IMG/VR virus record: IMGVR_UViG_3300029448_000391
Coordinates: 1-25,635 of that record
Length of the DNA stretch: 25,635 nt
Reading direction: 5' to 3' (one strand)
DNA from: a virus
Lineage: Duplodnaviria > Caudoviricetes
In this document: positions 1 through 8,892 of the stretch, one piece after another
Layout of the letters: each line of letters starts with the position of its first letter
Position numbering within the stretch: position 1 is the stretch's first letter
Program-made: the position numbers and the translations under genes
The notes under the pieces: generated by a model
What the model was told of the DNA's origin: nothing
What the model saw: the letters and a program-made list of their open reading frames with translations, nothing else
The model's database searches: none

Positions 1-661
1 CAGCTGTTACCATTTCTTCAATCTCAGATTTTAATTCTAAATTTTTATCTGTTGCAATTCTTAAAAACTTTTTAGGATTGCTGTTTTTTAATTCATATAA
101 AGAATTTTCAACCTGCTCTGAATTCATTTTGTCTGGATTAACATTAGACATTAATCTTAACACTCTTATCATAGATTTTAAATCAGTTGAAGTTTTAATA
201 AATGCTTTATCAGCATCTTTCTTTAATTGAATCTCATTGTTTTTTTCTTTATCTACTCTTGCAAGATCTTGGATATAAAACTTTTTTGTTACATCAGCGT
301 CCATTTCACTTTTAGAAAGTGCACAATAGGGATGTGATATAGCAAATCTGTATTTAATGTAGTCCATAATATTTAATGGCTTTCCATTTTCATCCTTAGA
401 TATTTCTAATTCAACTCCTGTAAACCCTACTGGAATTGTCATGTCTGCCCAGAATGTTTTAGAATGTTTAGGCCAATCTCCATGATCTGGATTAACATCT
501 AATATTCCGTTCATTAAATTTTTTTCTTCCTCCATAGAGAAAGGTTTTAAAGGTTGTCTATTTACATAAACACTACTAAGTCTAATTATAGCCTCAGCTC
601 GTACTGATTTTGGAAGATGACCTCCTAGGTCTTGTCTTCTTAAATATACTTTTTTACTCAT
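1..661 (-). CDS. Conserved crAss-like protein downstream of the major capsid gene (crAssphage gene 75-like), 3'-truncated by window edge
   Basis: Not in the ORF track. ATG at 661 opens a frame running off the left edge (MSKKVYLRRQDLGGHLPKSVRAEAIIRLSSVYVNRQPLKPF...FWADMTIPVGFTGVELEI...). Position directly after MCP matches the crAss capsid module. Confidence 0.7.
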   Translation of the reverse strand, partial: MSKKVYLRRQDLGGHLPKSVRAEAIIRLSSVYVNRQPLKPFSMEEEKNLMNGILDVNPDHGDWPKHSKTFWADMTIPVGFTGVELEISKDENGKPLNIMDYIKYRFAISHPYCALSKSEMDADVTKKFYIQDLARVDKEKNNEIQLKKDADKAFIKTSTDLKSMIRVLRLMSNVNPDKMNSEQVENSLYELKNSNPKKFLRIATDKNLELKSEIEEMVTA

Positions 662-730
662 AATATAGTTCTTTTAAAGTTTAAATTAAGTGGATGTAAA
701 GAATAACTCTCCGTGTAATTTTTATAATTA

Positions 731-769
731 ATTGAAGAACGCAGGGGATTTCTCCCCTACGACCTCAAT
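731..769 (-). terminator. Strong hairpin after MCP (terminator/attenuator or mRNA stabiliser)
   Basis: Minus strand reads ATTGAGGTCGTAGGGGA-GAAA-TCCCCTGCGTTCTTCAAT: GNRA tetraloop and G-U pairs valid on the minus strand, ~35 nt after the MCP stop. Confidence 0.7.
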
Positions 770-803
770 CAAAAACCAATATATAGATTGCGTTACCGCC
801 AAA

Positions 804-2252
804 TTAAGACGCTACACATGTAATATCAAGCGAAGTATCAAATCTCTTAAGAGCAATACCTGCTGTTTTTAACATATGTACCGACGCACCGTCAACATCA
901 GAAGCTCTAGATGAAGTTGAATCAAATCCTCTAGGGACTACAGATCCAGCTACACACCATCTCATTGCTTCACGACCTTTCTTAGAAATCATCTGAAGGT
1001 TATTTTGACCATCATAATTTGATTGATCAACAAATACCATTCTGTAAGACTCTAAAGAGTATCCTGTTGTAGGGTGTTTTGCACGAGCTTGCGCCACGGC
1101 ACCATGATCAAATAATGGTAATTTTACCACATTGATTGTGTGTCCATCTACATGCTCATAGGAAGTGAAGTATCCAGTTAATCCTAGGCTACGTCCTGAT
1201 CCTGTGATAAATCTGTTTTCTCCACCTACTTTCCAAGAACCAGCTGCTCCCGAAAAGTGATTTTTAAGAGCCTCATCGAATTCTCTTGCACCACCAGTAC
1301 CAGTATATAAAGTTACTTGTTTAGTTGCTGCATCAGTCATTCCGTAGAATAAATCTCCGATAATGTTCTTAAGTTTAGTTTCAGTCATTGTAGAGTAAGT
1401 GTCAGTATTAACAATTTGCTCTAAAAGACCAGGACCTACGATTACAGGCTGACCATTTTCATCTTTCATGTAAGTCTGTCCGTTTGAATCATAAGTTTTT
1501 TGACCATACCAGTAATACATTTCACACTCTTCTTTAAAGTCAAGCATGTGTAAGTATTCTTCATAGTCCATCCAAAGTTTAGTAGTAGATCCTCCTTTAG
1601 TTGGTAAAGAAAATTCTGCTACAAAATCTTTAGCATTTCCAGACATGTGGTAAGATTTTCTAACTGTAGTTAGTTTATTTCTTACTTTACCTGGAGTTTC
1701 CCAGTTTGAAGCATTACCTCTAGAGAAGTCAACTCCTACTGGTGCGTACATTTGTGCAAAAAGCGCTCCTGCAGTAATATCTGCTGCTGCGATTGTTGCT
1801 GTTGCCGCTGGGTTTACTAATTGTAAAGTGTATTTCCAGTTAGAACCTACTGCTTCTGGTTCTTTCATAATACGTGCTTGTATACCTGATTGAGATACTA
1901 ATACGTATGGGAATACAAAATGTTTATCAGGAAACTCAAGCTCAAAGCTTGCTCCTCCTAATCCTACATTTGATGTTGATGCTGGTGTTGCTACTACTGG
2001 TCTCGTTCTCAATCTATGTGTTGCCACACGATATTCATACTCCAAGCGATCAATAGACTTTGTGTTACCAACACCTTCCGTTAAGAAAGATAGAGGGAAT
2101 CTTTTGTCATCTTTTCCTGCTAAATGAGTAATAATTGGAGACAGTTCAGTAGGTTTAGACAACAACGCGTTTGATAGACTGTTCATATCAGTCATCTGCG
2201 AATCATTGTAAAACGTTTTTTGAACGCTTATGTTTGTTCCATTTACTGCCAT
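804..2252 (-). CDS. Major capsid protein (crAss-like, HK97 fold)
   Basis: 482 aa, position after portal and scaffold-like gene. Segments such as NKLTTVRKSYHMSG, G.GLLEQI, LYTGTGGAREFD and HVDGHTINVVKLPLFD resemble crAss-like MCPs. Confidence 0.9.
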   Translation of the reverse strand: MAVNGTNISVQKTFYNDSQMTDMNSLSNALLSKPTELSPIITHLAGKDDKRFPLSFLTEGVGNTKSIDRLEYEYRVATHRLRTRPVVATPASTSNVGLGGASFELEFPDKHFVFPYVLVSQSGIQARIMKEPEAVGSNWKYTLQLVNPAATATIAAADITAGALFAQMYAPVGVDFSRGNASNWETPGKVRNKLTTVRKSYHMSGNAKDFVAEFSLPTKGGSTTKLWMDYEEYLHMLDFKEECEMYYWYGQKTYDSNGQTYMKDENGQPVIVGPGLLEQIVNTDTYSTMTETKLKNIIGDLFYGMTDAATKQVTLYTGTGGAREFDEALKNHFSGAAGSWKVGGENRFITGSGRSLGLTGYFTSYEHVDGHTINVVKLPLFDHGAVAQARAKHPTTGYSLESYRMVFVDQSNYDGQNNLQMISKKGREAMRWCVAGSVVPRGFDSTSSRASDVDGASVHMLKTAGIALKRFDTSLDITCVAS

Positions 2253-2297
2253 TTTATAAAATTTTATAGGGTACCTATTTCCCTGTTTAGGTATTTC

Positions 2298-3386
2298 TTA
2301 TATATTAAGATCTAAATTATCTAAATCAAAACTTTTCTTTCGTCTTGATTGTTTACGAGCACTTTTTACAGTTTCTTCGTTTTTAGATATTTTTTCTCTC
2401 AATGTCTTCGTAGCCGTTGTTTTAGCTTTTTTGTTAATTATTTCTTCTAGATTAAATCCCTTATACATTAAATAATCTATAGCTAATTTTTGTTCCATTT
2501 CAGCTTTAGAGTGATCTATATCACGCTGTGTGTAACCATCCTTAGTTACCGGCTTCGAAAGATAATTAAAGAATTTTGTTTTTTCTCTTTCCGGAACTTG
2601 CAATCCTGCAAACTCTTTTGATTCTTTAATTGTCTCTTGCACACCATTCCAAAACTCTACTTGTTTTTCTTGCTCTTCTTGTAAAGATTGTTGTTGACGT
2701 GCTACTAATTGTTCTTTTTCCTGCGCTTGTACTTTACCTAAAGCTTGTCTTGCTGCTTCTGCTTTATTATGTAACTTACCAGAATCTTCATAATCTTCAA
2801 GCATTTCTTTAATAAAGCTTTCATCATGTCCTTTTTGGTAAAAGTAATCAGATAAAATTGCTTTTTGACTTCTTGAATCATCTTCAGAAATTTGCATTGT
2901 ATTATAATCTAAATTTGGATCATAAGCTGTCATAAATTTTTGAGATTCTCCTCCAGCTAATACATAATTTAAATGTTCTTTAACTAATGGAAATTTTTCA
3001 AGAACTTCATCAATTCTATCATCTGCCATTTGAGAAGCTACATCTTTAGTCATTTCTGTTAATCCTTCAGCTGTATCTTCATACTCTCCTTCATAGCCTA
3101 AACTAGTTAGTATTTCTTGTACAACTGTAGTATCAGAAACTTCGTCTTCTGTTTCTTCTTCCTCTTCTTTTTCTTCTACTTCTACTTCTACTTCTTTCTC
3201 TTCTTCTTCAGCTTCCTCTTCATCATTGTCTTCAATGTCTTCAAGTTCTGCTTCAGGTTTTTCTACTTCTTCTTTTACTTCTTCAATAGGTTCTATTTCA
3301 TCAATAGTATCCATTGCAACTCCATCACCCGCAATGACATCGTCAAAGGTAATATCGTCTAATTGTATTTTTTCATTTGGGTCCAT
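2298..3386 (-). CDS. Acidic scaffold-like/structural protein (crAssphage gene 77-like)
   Basis: Very Glu/Asp-rich N-terminus, helical coiled-coil middle, basic C-terminus, immediately upstream of MCP. Confidence 0.7.
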   Translation of the reverse strand: MDPNEKIQLDDITFDDVIAGDGVAMDTIDEIEPIEEVKEEVEKPEAELEDIEDNDEEEAEEEEKEVEVEVEEKEEEEETEDEVSDTTVVQEILTSLGYEGEYEDTAEGLTEMTKDVASQMADDRIDEVLEKFPLVKEHLNYVLAGGESQKFMTAYDPNLDYNTMQISEDDSRSQKAILSDYFYQKGHDESFIKEMLEDYEDSGKLHNKAEAARQALGKVQAQEKEQLVARQQQSLQEEQEKQVEFWNGVQETIKESKEFAGLQVPEREKTKFFNYLSKPVTKDGYTQRDIDHSKAEMEQKLAIDYLMYKGFNLEEIINKKAKTTATKTLREKISKNEETVKSARKQSRRKKSFDLDNLDLNI

Positions 3387-3399
3387 ATATATATTGTTT

Positions 3400-3470
3400 T
3401 AATTTACAAATTTAAGGTTTAATTTAATTGGTTTTTACTTATCTATAGTTTTACTTTTTCTTTTATTATA
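3400..3470 (-). promoter_or_regulatory. Putative late promoter for scaffold-MCP transcript
   Basis: TAAATTTG (Bacteroidota -7 consensus TAnnTTTG) within TAAATTTGTAAATTA at 3400-3414; TATAATA 49 nt upstream; same layout upstream of the portal gene. Confidence 0.55.
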
Positions 3471-3476
3471 TAACAC

Positions 3477-6215
3477 TTACCAGCATCCATACTTACATTT
3501 CTTTTTAAATCCTCCATATTCAAAAGGTACACATTTGTCTTTTCCATTCTCTGTTCCTGCATATCTATAACCATCCCAACAAGCTCTACCATCAGATCCT
3601 TTTTTCTTACCTCCTGTTTTAAAAATATCTTTAGTACTTTGATTCCATTTTTTTCTTTCTGCAGCTATTTCTTTTTTAGTTGCTTCATTTACAGGTACAG
3701 TTGTTTCTTTACCATCTCTTACTGCACTAACTCTACTTTTATGATTTTTTAGCCAATATTGAAACACTTCTTCTTGATTTGGTGAAGTAGTTCTATTTCT
3801 AGTTACTAAGTCAAACATATTTCTTCTTGGAGGGCCTCCAAATATTTTATCTCCTATAAATATTCCGTCTTGATTTGCTCTACTTGTTGTTGAAAGATCA
3901 GGATTTTTTTCTTTTGCTAATTTATTAATTTCTGGAAAATCTTTTAATTCTTTATCTGTATTAAACAAATGAAAACGATAATTTCTATTTAAAGCTGTAC
4001 TAGCTGCACCTTTATCAGACATTTCAAATTGATAAGCACCTCTACCAGGACCATCATAGAAAGTTCCGTCGTCTCTTTGTGAAACTTGTTTTTTATCATC
4101 TACATTTAAAGATTCGTGTTGTGCAATAGCATTCATTACAGTATTTACCATATTAGTATCTCTACCACTAGTATGTAAATAATTCATCATATGTTGTCTA
4201 TAATTTATAGGTTTTTCTTTTTTTTCATCATTATCAAAACCTCCTAATTTTTTTTCTGATGCTGCTCCTGCACCTACAGCAACAGGTGCTGCTGCCCATG
4301 CTTTTGAAATAACATTTCTAAGATCATCATACGTTGTATTAGGAGTAGTATTTCGTAATAATTCTTTAAAATCATCTGGTATCATTTCTTTACTTGGCCT
4401 TCTCCCTGAAACTTGTTCAAAAACTTCTTTTAACATATCATCTGACATACCAGCTTTAGTACCATCCCACTTATAGTTTCTTTTAAACCAGTCAGCTCCT
4501 CTTAAAAGTCTTACCTGTTGTTCTGCAGGTTTAGTCATATATTTAAACTCGCTTGATGTTTTGTTTATATTAAGTGTAGGATAGTTTTTATAAACTTTAT
4601 CCATTTTACCAGGTTGAACACCTTTAATATTAGCATACTTAGCTACTGCTGCATCTGCTTGCTTATCAGTTACTGCTTCTGCTAACTCTTTTTGTATTTT
4701 ATTAAGTTGCTCTGCTTCTTCTAATGCCTCTTTATATAAAGGAGATGATTTATCAAATTTTCCTGTAGGACTTAATAAGTGTTTTACCTCATGATCAATT
4801 ACTCCAAATGTATGATCACTTAGATTTTCTTGTAACCCTCTTCTAATTCCTATTTCTCCAGATTTGCTTGTAGCATATGCAGGATGTTGATAATAACCTT
4901 CCATACCTTTCATTTTAGGATCATTAGGACCTTTAAACTTCATAGGAGCAACTTCTAATTCTTTTATATACTCGTCAACTTGCTTTAAAACGGTTTCTTC
5001 AGATTCCCCTGTATTAGCCATTCTTTTAGATACATACTCATCACTTTGTAAATATTTTATATTTGAATCTTTTATTTTTGCAATTTTTAATTTATCTATT
5101 TCAGTTAGCTTAGGTATTTCATCGCTTACATCTGCTGTACGCAATATACTACTATTAGGGTATGAAGGTTTTGTTTTAGGTTTTGGTATATTATTTTTTT
5201 TAAATAAATTTTTTAATTTACCATATCCTTTTACAACAGGTCCTAATAAAACATCATCTATAAGTCCTGGTATTTTTGCTCCTGATGCTGATACTTTCAT
5301 ACTATTTAACAAAGGAATAGGTGCAGCAAAACCTAAAATAGTTTCACCATAATCTTGAGCCTTTTCTTTAGCCTCACCACTAGCATACATTTTATTAGAT
5401 GCTCCTGAGATCCATTGTTTATTAGGATTATTACCTGTAAATTTATCATAGTAATTACTAATAGTGCCTCCTGAAGTATTACTATTTGCCACCATTTGTT
5501 GAATTTGTTCCAACTTAGTTAAAGGTGTTTCTATTGTTGGGATATTAAAATTTTGAGATACATATGTAGAAGAAGGTTCTGCTGTATGTAATCCTCCATG
5601 AGATTTTTTTGTATTTGATTTATTTTTCCAATTTCCTTCCCTAGCAAAATCAATCATTTCTTCTTTAGTATCAAACTTGTATAGTTCACCTCTCTTTTTT
5701 GCTTCTTTAGCGTTACCTTTAAACCAGTTACCTTCTTCATCTTGAAATATACTTGGCCAAGCAGTTAAATTATTATCATCAGACATTAAGTGAGTTGAAT
5801 GCGGTTGTCCTTCATACATTGGAGTTTGTGAAAAGTATTCAGTATTTCTAACAGGATCAGTAATGACTGCTTTCTTATTTACTACATAAGTACTACCATC
5901 TCTAGATTTTACTCCACCTGTTTTTAATAACTGTGGTTCTGCTGATCCTGTTGGTAAATCTTGTATTTGTAGGGATGTATTACTAAAGCTATTTACTAAA
6001 GAGTCTTGCCCTACCGGAGGAGTTTCCATACTTACATTATTAACTGGAGGAGGAGTAGTTGGGGGTATAGACGCAGGTTCTTGTTGAACTTGCTGTTCTT
6101 GCATCTGTTCTTGTTGAGGTAAAACCGGTTGACCTTGAAGAGCTGCCATTATATCTCCAGATCCAGATGTTTTTACCTGTTCTAGTATAGCTCTTCTATC
6201 TTGGTTTGTTAGCAT
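3477..6215 (-). CDS. Large modular (polyvalent-like) protein with zincin-like HExxH module, lysozyme/transglycosylase-like module and CWxGY Cys motif
   Basis: 912 aa. HEVKH at aa 475-479 with downstream EQQVRL; AIAQHES...GPGRGAYQFE at about aa 696-731; ACWDGY...KCVP near the C-terminus; repeated xxGG motifs between modules. Start overlaps the portal stop. Confidence 0.6.
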   Translation of the reverse strand: MLTNQDRRAILEQVKTSGSGDIMAALQGQPVLPQQEQMQEQQVQQEPASIPPTTPPPVNNVSMETPPVGQDSLVNSFSNTSLQIQDLPTGSAEPQLLKTGGVKSRDGSTYVVNKKAVITDPVRNTEYFSQTPMYEGQPHSTHLMSDDNNLTAWPSIFQDEEGNWFKGNAKEAKKRGELYKFDTKEEMIDFAREGNWKNKSNTKKSHGGLHTAEPSSTYVSQNFNIPTIETPLTKLEQIQQMVANSNTSGGTISNYYDKFTGNNPNKQWISGASNKMYASGEAKEKAQDYGETILGFAAPIPLLNSMKVSASGAKIPGLIDDVLLGPVVKGYGKLKNLFKKNNIPKPKTKPSYPNSSILRTADVSDEIPKLTEIDKLKIAKIKDSNIKYLQSDEYVSKRMANTGESEETVLKQVDEYIKELEVAPMKFKGPNDPKMKGMEGYYQHPAYATSKSGEIGIRRGLQENLSDHTFGVIDHEVKHLLSPTGKFDKSSPLYKEALEEAEQLNKIQKELAEAVTDKQADAAVAKYANIKGVQPGKMDKVYKNYPTLNINKTSSEFKYMTKPAEQQVRLLRGADWFKRNYKWDGTKAGMSDDMLKEVFEQVSGRRPSKEMIPDDFKELLRNTTPNTTYDDLRNVISKAWAAAPVAVGAGAASEKKLGGFDNDEKKEKPINYRQHMMNYLHTSGRDTNMVNTVMNAIAQHESLNVDDKKQVSQRDDGTFYDGPGRGAYQFEMSDKGAASTALNRNYRFHLFNTDKELKDFPEINKLAKEKNPDLSTTSRANQDGIFIGDKIFGGPPRRNMFDLVTRNRTTSPNQEEVFQYWLKNHKSRVSAVRDGKETTVPVNEATKKEIAAERKKWNQSTKDIFKTGGKKKGSDGRACWDGYRYAGTENGKDKCVPFEYGGFKKKCKYGCW

Positions 6216-8478
6216 TCTGTTTTGCTATTTCTTTTTTACTTTCTATGTCCTCTCTTTTAAGAGCATTAGAATCCATGTCTCCTCTCATTTTTAATTCTAA
6301 CTCTTGCTCTTTTAATTCTAATTCTCGCTTTTTAAGTTCAAAATCTTGAATCATTTTTTCTAAATTAAGGGAGTTAACATCTGTTTGATCTTTAGATTCT
6401 GCAGATATTAAAGCAATCTCAATATCTTTTTGCCTATCTTTTTCTCTTTCAATGTTATCAGCTTCTAGTTGCATTTGTTGTGCTTCTAATTGTGCTTGTT
6501 GCTGTTCTTGTTGAGCTTGTTGTTGAGCTTGTTCTAATTCTTCATTTGCTTTGTCTGCAAGTTTAAGATTCTTTTTAATTTCAGTGAAACTATCTGAATC
6601 TAGCATCTCAGCTATATCTCCTGGCTTAGCACCATTCTGCATCATAGCTTGTGTTAATCCTTTAATGTTTTGTAGTTTTTCTTGATCTTTACCTGCATCA
6701 GAAACAAATATACCATAGTTAGTTTCCATATGATCCATACTATTTACATCTAAAAAGTCTGTAGTACCATCAGGCATTACAAACATTCCTTTTTTACCAG
6801 TTAACCATGCTTCTTTAGAATAATCTAGTAAAGCTTGGAAATCTCTTTGCTCCATTCTTTCAAACTTTCTAAATAAATCTTCTGTAATGTGTGATGATTG
6901 TAATATAGCTTGTTGTGAAGATGCTTTACCTTCATACGCTCCAATCTCACCTTGTCTTTGTCTACTTACACCAGATATTTTTTCCCATTCTACTAAAATA
7001 GAATCTAGCAAAGTAATGTATTGACTTATAGTTTTTATAGACATGTCCATAACAGATTGATGTTGTGGATTTAATTGTATTCCTTCTTTATTATAATCTA
7101 CCCAAGCAATACCTGTACCTTCTACGTAGTACATAAATTTATCCATGTCCCATTTTTTAGGGATCATGTTAATATCAAATTGTGCAATTATATCTTTACT
7201 TCTTGCAATAGCAAGTTCTAATCTGTACTTATATATGTTGTAATTTAACTGATAAGGTATTCCAAGCTTAACTAAAGATATATTTTTAGAGTTTGTATCA
7301 GAATATCTTCTCCCATTAATTGGTAGTTTACACTTAGATGGATTGTCTATAGATAATCTCTGGTTAAGAATAGGATTTATGTTTATATATATTCTACCAT
7401 CTATTCTTGTACCTTCCCATACTTCATTTACCCATTTCCATTCCATTGTAGCTCCCTGCTCTTTTAATTCTGCAGGCATTCTAAATCCATCTTCAACTTC
7501 TACCTCTTCAATGCTTCCAGTTTCTTGATCAAGGTAAGTTAAAAATCCTATTCTTTTTCTAGACTTCCAATATACATTTATAACTTCAATTAATCTATTC
7601 CTAAATGCATTTGTATCTTTATTTGCTGAATTAGCATATAAAAAAGAAATATCACCCTCAGAATGTTTTGGTTCTTCAAGTTCTAGTATTTGTTGTTCTG
7701 ATAAACTCTCATAGTAAGCATCAATAACTGTAGATGCATGTACATACTTTCTAACTAATGCCCAATCTCCATCTTCTACAAATTCTAAATCTGGATCAAG
7801 GTCATAATCTACATCTAAAGGATTTAATACAGAGTAATAAGGTTCTCCGTTTCTTACTCCTCTTTGTGTATAAGCCTCACCAGTTACTAAATAATGAAAC
7901 CAAGCTTTTTGTATTTTATCATAAACTTCTTGCTCTTGCATTACATAGTTTAAAGTTTTTTGCCCTAATACAGCTCTATTATCTATATAAGAACTTTCAA
8001 ACATGTCTGCAATATGTTTAGGAGTTGGTATTTCTTCCATATTAGCTCCTATATCTACTCCTTGTGCTTGCACTTCTTGTAAAAAACTTTGTCTTAAATT
8101 TTGTGCTATTGTTTCAGACTTTTCCATTTCTTTTAAAGTAAGGGCGTCTGAGTTTTGTACTGTAACAGTATAATTGAGAGGTCTTTTCGATTTTTCCCCT
8201 AGAAGAAGGTCAATTATGGGTTTAATGATAGGGTAGTTACGCATTTCAGAAGGAAAATTCTTACGGGCTTTGCCATAAGGTTTTAGTACGTAATTATAAT
8301 CAGCCTCGTCAATTACACCGTTATAGTAATCATATAATATCTTAAGGTCATTCTTTTGTTTAGAATGTGTTTGACCTGAATTAGAAAGATCTATAAATGC
8401 CTCCACACATTCTTCTCCCCATTTCTTATTCTTCTTATTAATCGAGAGCTTTTGTCTCGGTATTTTATCGTATCCCAT
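6196..8478 (-). CDS. Portal protein (crAss-like)
   Basis: 760 aa following terminase. YDYYNG, NYPIIKPIIDLLLGE, WVNEVWEG, ISGVSRQRQG and a Gln/Glu-rich C-terminal coiled coil are typical of crAss-like portals. Confidence 0.9.
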   Translation of the reverse strand: MGYDKIPRQKLSINKKNKKWGEECVEAFIDLSNSGQTHSKQKNDLKILYDYYNGVIDEADYNYVLKPYGKARKNFPSEMRNYPIIKPIIDLLLGEKSKRPLNYTVTVQNSDALTLKEMEKSETIAQNLRQSFLQEVQAQGVDIGANMEEIPTPKHIADMFESSYIDNRAVLGQKTLNYVMQEQEVYDKIQKAWFHYLVTGEAYTQRGVRNGEPYYSVLNPLDVDYDLDPDLEFVEDGDWALVRKYVHASTVIDAYYESLSEQQILELEEPKHSEGDISFLYANSANKDTNAFRNRLIEVINVYWKSRKRIGFLTYLDQETGSIEEVEVEDGFRMPAELKEQGATMEWKWVNEVWEGTRIDGRIYININPILNQRLSIDNPSKCKLPINGRRYSDTNSKNISLVKLGIPYQLNYNIYKYRLELAIARSKDIIAQFDINMIPKKWDMDKFMYYVEGTGIAWVDYNKEGIQLNPQHQSVMDMSIKTISQYITLLDSILVEWEKISGVSRQRQGEIGAYEGKASSQQAILQSSHITEDLFRKFERMEQRDFQALLDYSKEAWLTGKKGMFVMPDGTTDFLDVNSMDHMETNYGIFVSDAGKDQEKLQNIKGLTQAMMQNGAKPGDIAEMLDSDSFTEIKKNLKLADKANEELEQAQQQAQQEQQQAQLEAQQMQLEADNIEREKDRQKDIEIALISAESKDQTDVNSLNLEKMIQDFELKKRELELKEQELELKMRGDMDSNALKREDIESKKEIAKQNANKPR

Positions 8479-8546
8479 AATTTACAAATTTACCTATTTT
8501 TTTCTTCCGTTTTAGCCCTAATATTAATTACCGTACTAGTATTATA
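8478..8546 (-). promoter_or_regulatory. Putative late promoter for portal transcript
   Basis: TAAATTTGTAAATTA at 8478-8492 (its last A is the A of the portal ATG); TATAATA 47 nt upstream. Confidence 0.55.
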
Positions 8547-8555
8547 GATATACCA

Positions 8556-8891
8556 CTATAAGTAATTGCAAATATCATAAAGACTATATTTTAAAGTTAA
8601 TTCTTCTCCTGCCTCTATCTTACGTAATGTTTTTATTACTTTATAATGATAATCTTCGTCTTTATCTAGTAATTCACAGTTAGCATTGTCATTATGATTA
8701 ATAAATCCTCCTAATGGTGTCCTAATATAATCATGTTGAAAGTTTGGATCGTAAATATGTGTAATACCTATAACAACCTCTCCCGGAATATCTTCTTTTG
8801 CTAGGATCCCTGCTCCGTGTATGTTTGATGGTCCAATCGCCAAGTATTCTGGTAGAGGGTTATAAGGTTCACAATCTTTTTTTCTATTCAT
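8556..8891 (-). CDS. Stand-alone SET-domain protein (putative protein-lysine methyltransferase)
   Basis: SNIHGAGILAKEDI (GxG motif I), GFINHNDNANC (NH motif III), IEAGEELTLKY (ELxxxY motif IV). Confidence 0.85.
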   Translation of the reverse strand: MNRKKDCEPYNPLPEYLAIGPSNIHGAGILAKEDIPGEVVIGITHIYDPNFQHDYIRTPLGGFINHNDNANCELLDKDEDYHYKVIKTLRKIEAGEELTLKYSLYDICNYL

Positions 8892-8892
8892 A

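Noticed and set aside
3140-3290. TTC/TCT-rich low-complexity repeat
   Set aside because: Explained by poly-Glu coding in the scaffold-like protein; not a CRISPR array or independent tandem repeat.
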